A stretch of 51,077 nt of DNA from Candidatus Micrarchaeota archaeon (GTDB taxonomy: Archaea; Micrarchaeota; Micrarchaeia; Anstonellales; Bilamarchaeaceae): positions 1 to 51,077 of the forward strand of contig JAZDDV010000014.1 of the NCBI GenBank assembly GCA_043809425.1, given 5' to 3'. The translations under genes were made by a program, and so were the position numbers. Under the pieces are notes generated by a model. It was not told the DNA's origin, made no database searches, and saw only the letters and a list, made by a program, of their open reading frames with translations. This document shows positions 19,368-29,155 of the stretch, one piece after another. Numbering within the stretch: position 1 is the first letter of the stretch; every line of letters starts with the position of its first letter.

Positions 19368-21770
19368 ATGAAAAACATAATGTGGTTTAAAGAACTCAGA
19401 AGGACCAGCCTGGCAGAGGCCGGAGGAAAGGGCGCGAACCTCGGTGAAATGTACGAAGCGGGATTTCCAATCCCCAACGGATTCGTCACTACCAGCGGTG
19501 CGTACTTCAGGTTCCTTGATGCAAATAACCTGCGCCAAAAGATAACTGACATGCTTAAGCTCGACACAGATGATACGGAAAAACTGCAGCGAGTGGCAGA
19601 AGAAATAAAGCAGCTCGTAATCGCAGGCACAGTGCCTGACGACATCCGCACTGACATCATCCGCAGCTACAAGCAGATGTGCGAAACTGCAGGCAGGGAA
19701 GTCTACGTAGCAGTCAGAAGCTCGGCCACTGCAGAAGACTTGCCTACTGCATCGTTTGCCGGGCAGCAGGCAACATTCCTCAACGTGCATGGGGCAGAAG
19801 ACACGGTGCTGGCAGTAAAAAAGTGTTGGGCATCGCTATTCGAGCCAAGAGCAATTTTCTATAGGGTGGAAAATAAATTTGACCATATGAAGGTAGGCTT
19901 GGCAGCAGTAGTGCAGCAGATGGTGCAAAGTGAAAAGTCAGGCGTAGTATTTACAGTGGACCCGATGACGCAGGACAAAAATGTCATCTCAATAGAAACA
20001 GCATTCGGCCTGGGCGAAGTGGTTGTCGGCGGATTGGTAACTCCTGACACCTACCAGGTGGACAAGCGCGATTTCAAGATAAAAGACAAGAAGATTGCCA
20101 AGCAGACCTGGATGATTGTTAAAATCGGCAATGAAAACAAAAACGTTGACATAAAGCCGGAAGCGCAGGGGCTGCAGAAGCTCAGCGATTTGGAAATAAG
20201 AGACTTGGCGAAAATCTCTGCGAAGATAGAGGATCATTACAACTTCCCGCAGGATATTGAATACGCATTTGAAAAGGGCAATCTGTACATCGTGCAGTCA
20301 AGGCCCATCACTACGCTGAAAAAAGAGGGTGAAAAAATGATTCAGGATGCATCGGCAAAAGCAACGGCAGGCGCAGCAGTTGAGCAGGCAAGCGCGCCGC
20401 AGGAGCAGAAAGTGACGACGGAATTGAAAGTGCTGGTGCAGGGCCTGGGCTCATCGCCAGGCGTAGGCGTCGGCCCGGTGAAGATAATCAGATCTCCTTC
20501 GGAAATCAAGCGCATAGTGCGCGGAGATGTGCTGGTAACTGAAATGACAACGCCAGACTACGTACCTGGCATGAAACGGGCAGCGGCCATAGTCACTGAC
20601 ATGGGCGGCATGACATCGCACGCGGCAATAGTAAGCCGCGAACTCGGCGTTCCGTGCATCGTAGGAACAGGCGATGCGACCAAAAAGCTCAAGGACGGCG
20701 AAATGGTAAGCGTTGACGGCAGCCGAGGCATTGTCTATGCAGGCATGATCGAGGCAAAGAAAGAGGAGACGAAGCAGATGGGTGGAGCAGCCGGCATGGT
20801 AGTTGAAAACACCCCGGTAACAGGCACAAAGATTTATGTCAATCTGGCAGACGTGGACCAGGCAGAGCGTGTGGCCAAGCTACCAGCTGATGGAGTTGGC
20901 CTGCTGCGCGCGGAATTCATGATAGCGGAAATAGGCGTACACCCGAAAAAAATGATTGCAGATGGCAAGGCGCAGGAATACGTGGATAAGCTAGCAAGCG
21001 GCATGATGCGGTTCGCAGCTGCATTCTATCCAAGGCCCGTAGTCTATCGCGCTACGGATTTCAAGACCAACGAATACCGCAGCCTGGACGGCGGCGACAA
21101 GTACGAACCGAAGGAAGAGAACCCGATGATGGGCTACCGGGGCGCGTCAAGATACATCGAAGAACCTGAAGTGTTCGAGCTGGAGCTTCTTGCATTGAAG
21201 AAAGTGCGCGACGAGCATCATCTGAAGAATTTATGGCTGATGATTCCGTTTGTCCGGAGAATCGGCGAGCTGCGAGCGATAAAAGAGCAGCTGCACAAGG
21301 TCGGCATCTACCGAACACGGGACTTCAAGCTGTGGATCATGGTGGAAGTGCCTAGCACAGTGGTCCTCATCGACCAGTTCTGCCAGGAAGGCATTGACGG
21401 CGTTTCCATAGGCAGCAACGATTTGACGCAGCTCACACTAGGCATCGACCGGGACAATACTACTTTGGCAAAAGGCTTTGACGAGCGGAACGAAGCTGTA
21501 TTGCGTTCCATCAAGCACGTGGTGGATAACTGCAACAAGTATCACGTCACCTGTTCGCTTTGCGGCCAGGCGCCAAGCGTCTATCCGGACTTTGCCGAGA
21601 AGCTGGTGGAATTCGGCATTACCAGCATGTCTGTCAATCCGGATGCCATAGAACGCACCAGGCGCATAGTGGCAAGCGCCGAGCAGAAGGTCATGATGAA
21701 GCGGCTGCGCCTGCTCACCGAGAAAGTGGGCGAGGAAGACCGCCTCGGTGACCTGACGTTGCGCGACTAG
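19368..21770 (+). CDS. ppsA: phosphoenolpyruvate synthase
   Basis: GGKGANLGE, VRSSATAEDLPTASFAGQQ, TSHAAIVSRE (phospho-His), GVGLLRAE and SIGSNDLTQ motifs. Start may be GTG at 19359. Confidence 0.96.
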   Translation: MKNIMWFKELRRTSLAEAGGKGANLGEMYEAGFPIPNGFVTTSGAYFRFLDANNLRQKITDMLKLDTDDTEKLQRVAEEIKQLVIAGTVPDDIRTDIIRSYKQMCETAGREVYVAVRSSATAEDLPTASFAGQQATFLNVHGAEDTVLAVKKCWASLFEPRAIFYRVENKFDHMKVGLAAVVQQMVQSEKSGVVFTVDPMTQDKNVISIETAFGLGEVVVGGLVTPDTYQVDKRDFKIKDKKIAKQTWMIVKIGNENKNVDIKPEAQGLQKLSDLEIRDLAKISAKIEDHYNFPQDIEYAFEKGNLYIVQSRPITTLKKEGEKMIQDASAKATAGAAVEQASAPQEQKVTTELKVLVQGLGSSPGVGVGPVKIIRSPSEIKRIVRGDVLVTEMTTPDYVPGMKRAAAIVTDMGGMTSHAAIVSRELGVPCIVGTGDATKKLKDGEMVSVDGSRGIVYAGMIEAKKEETKQMGGAAGMVVENTPVTGTKIYVNLADVDQAERVAKLPADGVGLLRAEFMIAEIGVHPKKMIADGKAQEYVDKLASGMMRFAAAFYPRPVVYRATDFKTNEYRSLDGGDKYEPKEENPMMGYRGASRYIEEPEVFELELLALKKVRDEHHLKNLWLMIPFVRRIGELRAIKEQLHKVGIYRTRDFKLWIMVEVPSTVVLIDQFCQEGIDGVSIGSNDLTQLTLGIDRDNTTLAKGFDERNEAVLRSIKHVVDNCNKYHVTCSLCGQAPSVYPDFAEKLVEFGITSMSVNPDAIERTRRIVASAEQKVMMKRLRLLTEKVGEEDRLGDLTLRD

Positions 21771-21867
21771 GCACAAAGTATTAAATACCCGATGTACGTA
21801 ATATGACTACTTCGCCCTAGCGGCAAGACTGCTGGGTTGAAGAAAAAACAAAAAAAAGAGTGAAAAA

Positions 21868-22035
21868 ATGGACAGAGACAGAAATAGAGGCGGTGGCGGT
21901 GGATTTGGCGGCGACAGGAAAATGTACGACGCGACTTGTTCCGATTGTGGACAGGCATGCCAAGTTCCATTTGAACCGAAAGAAGGCAGACCGGTTTATT
22001 GCCGCGACTGCTACAAGAAACACAGCAAATTCTAG
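21868..22035 (+). CDS. CxxC-x17-CxxC zinc-ribbon protein (55 aa; absent from the ORF track)
   Basis: Manual translation MDRDRNRGGGGGFGGDRKMYDATCSDCGQACQVPFEPKEGRPVYCRDCYKKHSKF; GAGTGA RBS. Confidence 0.9.
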   Translation: MDRDRNRGGGGGFGGDRKMYDATCSDCGQACQVPFEPKEGRPVYCRDCYKKHSKF

Positions 22036-22070
22036 TTCTAGATTAGCTAGCTAGTAGAATCTTGCTTTTT

Positions 22071-22763
22071 TTATTTTTTTGTATTTTTTAATTTTAACCG
22101 ATTTTTTACCGCAGAACTTTCCAACTCACGGATAGCGTCAGCTGCAATCCAGCGCGCTGCTTTTGAGTCGATCTTTTGAATCGCTCGAGCTGTAGCCAGC
22201 GCCTTGGCATTAAGAGCGATATTGCGCTTGCCTATCTGCCTTAATGCCCAATTGACTGCCTTCCGAACGAAATTCCGCTCGTCTGTTGACGCCTTCTTTA
22301 GGAGCGGCAAAAGCCGAATAAAAGCTGCGTCATCTGCTTCCTTATCATGCACTGCCAAGGCAGCTGTTAGTGCGAATGCAGTCCGCTTAACAAATTCTTT
22401 TTCACTGCGGCCGTATTCCACTACTTTGCTGAATGCGAATGGGGTCTTGTCAAAAAGATTGCTGCATACCTGGTCGCAAACGTCCCAGGAATCAAAATCA
22501 GCTGCCCACCTATCCATCTGCGCTTCAGTAACTGCAGCAGGCTCATCAATAAGTCCTGCGAGAATTCTTGCCTCGTGGATTTCCGTAACCCAGAGCTGCT
22601 GCGCAAGCGTATGGTTCTTGCCAATCTGCTTGGCCATCTTTCTCAGGACAGGAATATTCACTCCGTAGGTGTTTTTCGCACTGATGCCAAAGCGGATCAT
22701 GCCTTCCATATTTGCCTTATTCGCATTCTGCTTGATGATTTTTACTATCTCAGTGCAATTCAA
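22071..22763 (-). CDS. DNA alkylation repair protein (AlkD family)
   Basis: DFDSWDVCDQ, EFVKR and DERNFVRKAVNWALRQIGKR motifs. Confidence 0.88.
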   Translation of the reverse strand: MNCTEIVKIIKQNANKANMEGMIRFGISAKNTYGVNIPVLRKMAKQIGKNHTLAQQLWVTEIHEARILAGLIDEPAAVTEAQMDRWAADFDSWDVCDQVCSNLFDKTPFAFSKVVEYGRSEKEFVKRTAFALTAALAVHDKEADDAAFIRLLPLLKKASTDERNFVRKAVNWALRQIGKRNIALNAKALATARAIQKIDSKAARWIAADAIRELESSAVKNRLKLKNTKK

Positions 22764-24538
22764 CGGGCACCGCCTCCACCGCCGCCTCCGCCGCCACCAA
22801 AGCCGCCACCGCCGCTGAAACCGCCACCGCTACTACTGCTGTGCGGGCTATAGGTGGGCGTCATGCTGCTGGCAAATGCCATGTAGGCAAAGCCGCCTGC
22901 GTAGATGTGCGAAGAACGAGTTTGTTCAACCCAGGTTGGTGCTATCTTCTTCATGGCCTGAATTGTCTTGTCTGCAACGCCTAATGCAACTGCGTAGGTC
23001 ATGTAGTGGTCCCAGAGCTTAACGCTTGCAGGCGGATGCTCTTCCAAAGCAGTGAAGTCAGATAGATACTTCTTGAAATTCGTCCATTTCAGGTTAAGCA
23101 CCCTGCCTTCTTTCGTCCATCTGCCAAGAATTGTTTTCTTTACTGCGAACAGGCCTATGAGGATCATGTCCACGAATATCATGCAGAACAGGCAGAACGG
23201 AAGGAAGTCGTAGGTATCAAAGAAGCCTAATGCAGCACCTGCGAACATGCCGAAGAAGATCCCCATGGTATGAAGGCCGACCAGGCCGATGAAAAGGTTG
23301 CTTCCAGTCATATCAGCATACTTCTTTTCGTCTATGTTCTTCGTAATAAGCTTCTGCCAAGTCTGGGTGAAGTCATAGAAACCCTTGGATGGCGCAACGC
23401 TTGTTTTGAATGAGTTCATGCTAAGCTGGCCGTTAACTGCCTTGTCTTTCATGTAATCATAGAGCGATTGCTCATAGTCCCTGAGCTGCTCTTTCGGCTG
23501 CCTGAATGTGAATATTACATCGCTATCACTTTTCTTCTCCTCGACGTCAAAAGCACCTTTGTTGACTAGAGACATCATGGTTGCAGAAATGGCCTTTGCC
23601 AAATCGCTAGGTTGATACGTCTTGCTCATGGTCAAAAAGAAAATGCATTCTGCTGGCCCATGCTCGCTGGGCGGGTCATGCTCGTAGGGCCAGATGTAAT
23701 CTACGGCAGCAGGCGAAAGCTCAGTGCCGAAAAGCAAATACAATGCAGGTATCAAAATGAATGGCGCCGCGATAAACGCGATGAAAACGTAAAACATTAT
23801 ATTATCCCGGAATCTCTTGGCTTCCAGGTCTTTTACGGTTTTTTCCTCCAATGACACGAGCCCGGCCTGGTTCAGCTTGTCGTTATAATAGAAGCTGCCG
23901 TTTTCCGTGAACCAGGATAGGGGCATCAACACGTTTATCTCCAGCAGCTGTTTTGGCGGCTGATTTGGAACGAAAATGGAAATCTGCTGGCCTGCCTGAG
24001 TCATAACCGGCGGCTTATCGGCGTAATAGCCATAATGCAAATAGCTTTTCGCATCTTTCACATCGCCGGGAAAATCTATGTTAACTGTGAACTGCGTTGA
24101 CTTTTCCCACTGGTCTCCCCACAGCTTGTAGTAGAACTGCGCTCCATCCTGGTATTTTACGATTATCTTGATGTCGTACTCGAACACTGCAGTGACGTCA
24201 CCGCAGCGCTTGTCCGTAAGTTCAAGAATAAGCTCCCGGTCGTGTGAGATAGACGCAGCAGGCTCATCAATTCTGAATTTGCACGTCGTGCCAACGCAAT
24301 GTCCGGTTGCATTGCTTAGCTCAAGCGACGGCGGCTTCTGCAAATACAGCTCACTAAACGGATCGTCGCTGCAGTCATACAGATTATAATTTATGGTCTC
24401 AACAACGTGCACGCTGCCATCATCATGAATGGTGTAATCGGCAGTAGCCGAAGACATGCTGAAATCCTTCGCAAATGCAGCACAGACCAGAACTGCAAAA
24501 ATCAGAAGTAGTAGATATCTTCTCATAAAATAATTCAA
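22760..24538 (-). CDS. DUF2207-type membrane protein
   Basis: Signal peptide, DGSVHVVE, TM helices, W..FKKYL, LWDHYMTYAVALG and Gly-rich C-terminus. Start may be at 24526. Confidence 0.85.
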   Translation of the reverse strand: MNYFMRRYLLLLIFAVLVCAAFAKDFSMSSATADYTIHDDGSVHVVETINYNLYDCSDDPFSELYLQKPPSLELSNATGHCVGTTCKFRIDEPAASISHDRELILELTDKRCGDVTAVFEYDIKIIVKYQDGAQFYYKLWGDQWEKSTQFTVNIDFPGDVKDAKSYLHYGYYADKPPVMTQAGQQISIFVPNQPPKQLLEINVLMPLSWFTENGSFYYNDKLNQAGLVSLEEKTVKDLEAKRFRDNIMFYVFIAFIAAPFILIPALYLLFGTELSPAAVDYIWPYEHDPPSEHGPAECIFFLTMSKTYQPSDLAKAISATMMSLVNKGAFDVEEKKSDSDVIFTFRQPKEQLRDYEQSLYDYMKDKAVNGQLSMNSFKTSVAPSKGFYDFTQTWQKLITKNIDEKKYADMTGSNLFIGLVGLHTMGIFFGMFAGAALGFFDTYDFLPFCLFCMIFVDMILIGLFAVKKTILGRWTKEGRVLNLKWTNFKKYLSDFTALEEHPPASVKLWDHYMTYAVALGVADKTIQAMKKIAPTWVEQTRSSHIYAGGFAYMAFASSMTPTYSPHSSSSGGGFSGGGGFGGGGGGGGGGAR

Positions 24539-24579
24539 AACGGTAACCTTAATAAACGATTTCGGCCTAAGTTTTCCTG

Positions 24580-25821
24580 ATGGAAAGGCCGATTTTGATA
24601 CTGTGCATAGACCGGGACGACGACCTCCACGAAAAAGGCAAGGTTAACGGGCCGTTTATCGGGAGGGAGAAGAACCTAGCAGCAGCCATAAAGCTCGGCC
24701 TGGCAGACCCGGAAGACAGCGATGTCAACGCTATTTTATCGGCGATAAAGCTGTACGACAAGATGAAAGGCGAAGGCAAGAACGTAGAAGTGATAACGCT
24801 CACAGGCGACAGGAAACTGGGCTATGAGGCAGATAAGAAAATAGGCAACCAGCTGGAGCGGATAATCACCGAGCTGAATGCCGAATCGGCAGTACTCGTA
24901 TCAGACGGTGCATCAGACGCGGAAGTATTACCCATCATCAAATCACGCATAAGAATCGACTCCAGCAAGATAGTTACAGTCAAGCAGTCAAAGGAGCTGG
25001 AAAAAACCTATTTCATTCTTCTTGAAAAACTCCGGGACCCGTACTACGCAAGAATAATCATTGGCATCCCGGCAGTAATAATTCTTCTATTCTCAGTGGC
25101 AGCCTATCTTGGCTGGGGCTGGGAGCCGGTCGGCATAGTGATCGGCGTCTACATGCTGATAAGGATGTTCGGCATAGACGAAACGGTAATGACATTCATC
25201 AAGGACTTCAGATTTTCAATCGAAAAAACCAGCTGGATCGGCTATCTGGCAGGGTTTGTGCTTCTGCTGATAGCCGCGATTACCGGCTACCAGAACTTTA
25301 CCAAGGCGCTTACCCTGGGCCTGGCAGGAGAAAAACTCTTTGCCTATATAGTGCAGGGTGTGCTGTGGCCGGCGCTGGCTGCATTCTTCTTCATAATCAT
25401 CGGCAAGATTATGGATGCGAAAACGGAAAAGAAAAGCTACAGGCTCACCAAGTACGCGCTCTACGCAATCGGCATCATACTGGCAACAATGCTGCTGCAG
25501 ATAGGTACCAACTGGATACTGAATATTACTCCGCCCTATGTGAGCTTCGGCGATTTCCTGCTTGCGATAATCGCAGCCATCATTATGGGTTATATTGGCA
25601 CTTTGGCAGTGGGCTGGATCCGCTCAGACATGATAATGAAGATGAAGCTGGAAGGCAAAGAGGCCATAGGCCAGGATGGCAGCCTCATAGGCAAAATAGC
25701 AGGCATAGATGTGAAAAACGAGAAGCTGATAATCCAGACGATACTGGAGAAGAAGTTCACCTATCCATTCACCACAATCGTATCAATAGACGACAAAGTA
25801 GTACTGAAGATAGAAGGTTAG
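24580..25821 (+). CDS. DUF373 family archaeal membrane protein with C-terminal PRC-barrel-like domain
   Basis: LCIDRDDDL, DPEDSDVN, VSDGASD and VKQS motifs; multiple TM helices. Confidence 0.85.
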   Translation: MERPILILCIDRDDDLHEKGKVNGPFIGREKNLAAAIKLGLADPEDSDVNAILSAIKLYDKMKGEGKNVEVITLTGDRKLGYEADKKIGNQLERIITELNAESAVLVSDGASDAEVLPIIKSRIRIDSSKIVTVKQSKELEKTYFILLEKLRDPYYARIIIGIPAVIILLFSVAAYLGWGWEPVGIVIGVYMLIRMFGIDETVMTFIKDFRFSIEKTSWIGYLAGFVLLLIAAITGYQNFTKALTLGLAGEKLFAYIVQGVLWPALAAFFFIIIGKIMDAKTEKKSYRLTKYALYAIGIILATMLLQIGTNWILNITPPYVSFGDFLLAIIAAIIMGYIGTLAVGWIRSDMIMKMKLEGKEAIGQDGSLIGKIAGIDVKNEKLIIQTILEKKFTYPFTTIVSIDDKVVLKIEG

Positions 25822-25861
25822 AGCCGGGATTGCAACTTGTTGGCATCTACTGCTTTGACAT

Positions 25862-28800
25862 TTACTGTTTTTTCATCTTGGAAATAAGTTTGTCCTTTTC
25901 TTTTGAATCCTTAAGCGCAGCCTTAAGCACTTCCACTATGCCCTTGACCGGAATGAGCTGTATTTTGTCTTTCAGTTCCGCAGACAGGTAAACGTCGTGC
26001 TTGTTGGAATCAGGTATGATGGCGCGCTTCATACCGTTTTCAATCGCAGCTTCTATCTTCGCAGTAACGCCGCCTACAGGCAGCACGCTGCCGCGGATAT
26101 CCAGCGAGCCAGTCATGGCGCAATCCTGCAGCACCGGAATGTTTGTAATCGCAGATATGACTGCTACGGCAGTTGCTATTGATGCACTGTCACCCTCAAC
26201 GCCCTCATAGGTCTGCAGAAACTGGATGTGAATGTCTTTTCGCGAAATGTCTGCACCGACGTATTTCTTGATGATGGCTGAGACATTTTCAACTGCTTCC
26301 TTTGCTATTGTCCCCAACTTACCCGTAGCAATGATCTTTCCCTCGCTCTTGGACGCAGGTGGAGTGACTTCTGCCACCATGGGCAGCAGCAATCCGGCGC
26401 GGCTGTCGCCCAACACTGCCAGGCCATTGACCCGGCCTACTTCGCTTCCGCTTGTGAGCACTATCTGATATTCGCGCCTCTGCTCTATTATCCTTGATGC
26501 GAGCTGGCTCTCAACTGGCCTGAATACTGTTTTTGCCTCAAGCACTTCTTTCTTTGTTACTACCTGCAATCCTTTGCTGCGGGCAGTGTCGCCTGCTGCG
26601 CGGACCAGGCCGCCCAGTTCTCTAAGATTAAGCGTGAATTTCTTCCTGCGGCCAGACATGCGTCTTGCCTCTTCAACTATTTCGTCCACTGCATCCATCA
26701 AAAAGTGCGGAATTTTGCCGTCTTTCTTCACTTCCTGCGCTATGAACTGAATAAGCTTTGCCTCATTTGCCGGCGTGTCGTCCATGCTGTCTTCGACGTA
26801 AATCTCATAGCCGGCGCCTCTAATGCGCGAACGGAGAGCAGGATGAATCTTCTGCATGTCTGGCAGATTGCCCGCAGCAACTAGCACGAAATCAGAAGGC
26901 ACTGCCTGGGATTTTACCAGCGCGCCTGAACTCATTTCACTCTGGCCCGTAATGGTATATTTCTTTTCCTGCATTGCCGTAAGCAGCTCCTGCTGCCAAT
27001 TAAGCTTTAGCGATGCGATTTCATCTATGAATAGCACGCCCTTGTTTGCCCGATGGATTGCTCCTGCTTCAACACGCAGATGGGCCGGCGTACCGAGTCC
27101 TCCCGAATTATGGGTGAGGACATTATTGACAAGATAGTTGCCTGTTTCGGTGGTGAGATTATAGACATAACCGGAATAGTTTTTCTTTTTTATGCTCGTT
27201 ATCTTATCGAAAGAATACGAACCATCTGAAATATTCTTCAATCTGAAGAGGTCTGGACAATTCGTATGGGTCAGCAGCTTAAGACAGATAGAAGAGAGAA
27301 ATTGTCTGGTAAGGTTTTGAGACGAGCTCAAGCCAGGTTTGAGGGCATAGTAGGCATCATGCACCTTTGTCTGGCTTAGACCGGTTTTTCCGCGAATTTG
27401 TTCAAGAAATTCAAATGAAATTGGGACCTCATCATCAAATGCAACATGCGTATTCTTTGTTGATTCTAGATATCCCTTAAGATTATTTTTATGGTATGGA
27501 TTGATCGTTTTCTCATAATATTTTGAAGCAAATTCATAATTATTAAACAGCACAAATTTCTGAAGAGTCTTTTTTTCTTTTCCAAAGCCCGGGTCAATTC
27601 TTCCCTTAATCTTTGCTCTCACGCCTACTTTCAAAAATAAGGGAACAAAATCGTCAATAAGCTCTTTTGAAAAGAGCTCAAACTGGCCTTGCTTATTGAC
27701 ATAACCATCTAGGGACATGTAACTAGAGATGAAATGCGATATCTTTTCCTTATCAAGATCAAAGATGAAAGGCGGTATAGACTTGCGGTTATTTTTCTTA
27801 ACGCCCATCTCGATTAGTTTTTTTACTAGGCTTGATGAATTAACATTTAGTATCGTCGCACCGCGGTACACTCTTTTTTTGTAATTGAAATTGTTCGCTT
27901 TAAGGCAGCGTTCGATTTCATCGATTTTGAATTGTCTCTTTAACTTAAAACCTACCGTTCTTGGCCCAAAATAGCCATCCGCAAGAAGATAAGCGACAAA
28001 CGTTATGAAATTCAGATCACTACTGGTTGTCTTACAAATGGGTAATCTATAGGGTAAAACCAAAGATGCATCTTGGTCTATTCTTTCAGCTTCCATATAC
28101 CCAATCGTCCCATCCGGTTTTATGATAGCTAATGGATGGTTCGGAGTAACACGGATTTTATGACCTCTCCGAGTTTCTATTTCGTATATTTGCCCTTCAA
28201 ATTTTCTTTTATATACTTTAGATACCTCTGAAGAGGTATAACAATATCGATCATCGTATCCACCGAGAATTTCAAATCTCTCTTCAGGTTTAAGTTCCTT
28301 TTCGCCTTCGCTTAAAAATTGGTCAACAAGCTCGCTTATTCTCACTGGTTTCCCATTTTTCAGATTAATAATTTCGTCTCCTGGAATACATTGTAACGGA
28401 TCATGTTTAACATCACCGAGCAAAGCGCCTGCGCGCGTGCCTGTTGCATCAACAAACGGTGCGGCATGCTTGCCCGTATTGTCCACCAGCAGCTTCGGGT
28501 CTTTTGTTTCAACAGGCATGAGCCGCCTGCCGATGCCTGCCGTTGCATTGGAAATAAGATAAAGAAAACCAAGGCCAATCACACTGGCAACTACGAACCA
28601 TTTTGCATTGTCTGAAATATTAAGCATGAAAACCACTGCATAGAGAATTACCCCGAGCAGCAGCACGATTAAAATCGGATTAAGCCCCTTGGTAACTGAT
28701 TCTGCCTCGCCTTTGAAGGACACTATTCTCCGGCCAAGGCCAGTGCCGCCGGCCAATCTGCCGCCTGGCAGCGTCTTCATCCGCTTTGCGTCTTCCTTGG

Positions 28801-29143
28801 AATAATATTTCTGCAAATCCTTGTTCTTTGAAACATAATCGTGAGTCGGATAGGTAGGCACTATGCGCACCTGCGGCTGGTTTTCATCATTCGGATTAGG
28901 ATAAACAAGCACGTCTTCCAGGTCCTCTGCAGGCATAAGCTCTGCCATGGCCTGGGCCATCATTGATTTGCCTGTACCCGGCGTGCCGATAAGCAGCACG
29001 TTTCTTTTCTGCTTTGCCGCTTTCTTCACGATTTCCACTGCCGAGTCCTGGCCGATTATCTGGTCTATGAGCTTTTCCGGGACTTTTACGTCTGCCGTGC
29101 TGGTTATGCTTGTGATTCTTGCCTTGTCCATTAATCCCACCAA
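25862..29143 (-). CDS. lonB: archaeal Lon protease (LonB) precursor containing an intein
   Basis: Walker A GTPGTGKS, two TM helices, FIDEI, catalytic GDSASI and GGVTAK. Confidence 0.95.
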   Translation of the reverse strand: MVGLMDKARITSITSTADVKVPEKLIDQIIGQDSAVEIVKKAAKQKRNVLLIGTPGTGKSMMAQAMAELMPAEDLEDVLVYPNPNDENQPQVRIVPTYPTHDYVSKNKDLQKYYSKEDAKRMKTLPGGRLAGGTGLGRRIVSFKGEAESVTKGLNPILIVLLLGVILYAVVFMLNISDNAKWFVVASVIGLGFLYLISNATAGIGRRLMPVETKDPKLLVDNTGKHAAPFVDATGTRAGALLGDVKHDPLQCIPGDEIINLKNGKPVRISELVDQFLSEGEKELKPEERFEILGGYDDRYCYTSSEVSKVYKRKFEGQIYEIETRRGHKIRVTPNHPLAIIKPDGTIGYMEAERIDQDASLVLPYRLPICKTTSSDLNFITFVAYLLADGYFGPRTVGFKLKRQFKIDEIERCLKANNFNYKKRVYRGATILNVNSSSLVKKLIEMGVKKNNRKSIPPFIFDLDKEKISHFISSYMSLDGYVNKQGQFELFSKELIDDFVPLFLKVGVRAKIKGRIDPGFGKEKKTLQKFVLFNNYEFASKYYEKTINPYHKNNLKGYLESTKNTHVAFDDEVPISFEFLEQIRGKTGLSQTKVHDAYYALKPGLSSSQNLTRQFLSSICLKLLTHTNCPDLFRLKNISDGSYSFDKITSIKKKNYSGYVYNLTTETGNYLVNNVLTHNSGGLGTPAHLRVEAGAIHRANKGVLFIDEIASLKLNWQQELLTAMQEKKYTITGQSEMSSGALVKSQAVPSDFVLVAAGNLPDMQKIHPALRSRIRGAGYEIYVEDSMDDTPANEAKLIQFIAQEVKKDGKIPHFLMDAVDEIVEEARRMSGRRKKFTLNLRELGGLVRAAGDTARSKGLQVVTKKEVLEAKTVFRPVESQLASRIIEQRREYQIVLTSGSEVGRVNGLAVLGDSRAGLLLPMVAEVTPPASKSEGKIIATGKLGTIAKEAVENVSAIIKKYVGADISRKDIHIQFLQTYEGVEGDSASIATAVAVISAITNIPVLQDCAMTGSLDIRGSVLPVGGVTAKIEAAIENGMKRAIIPDSNKHDVYLSAELKDKIQLIPVKGIVEVLKAALKDSKEKDKLISKMKKQ
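27107..28390 (-). mobile_element. intein with LAGLIDADG homing endonuclease (428 aa)
   Basis: Inserted at HDPLQ|C...THN|SGG; block B VTPNHP; AYLLADG and SYMSLDG motifs; AT-rich relative to the exteins. Confidence 0.95.
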
Positions 29144-29155
29144 TTTGTCATTTGC

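Noticed and set aside
21860-22054. 64-aa ORF from the track
   Set aside because: The overlapping frame 21868..22035 encodes a recognisable Zn-ribbon protein.
22765-22840. GC-rich CCGCC repeat as a regulatory element
   Set aside because: Explained by the poly-Gly tail typical of DUF2207 proteins.
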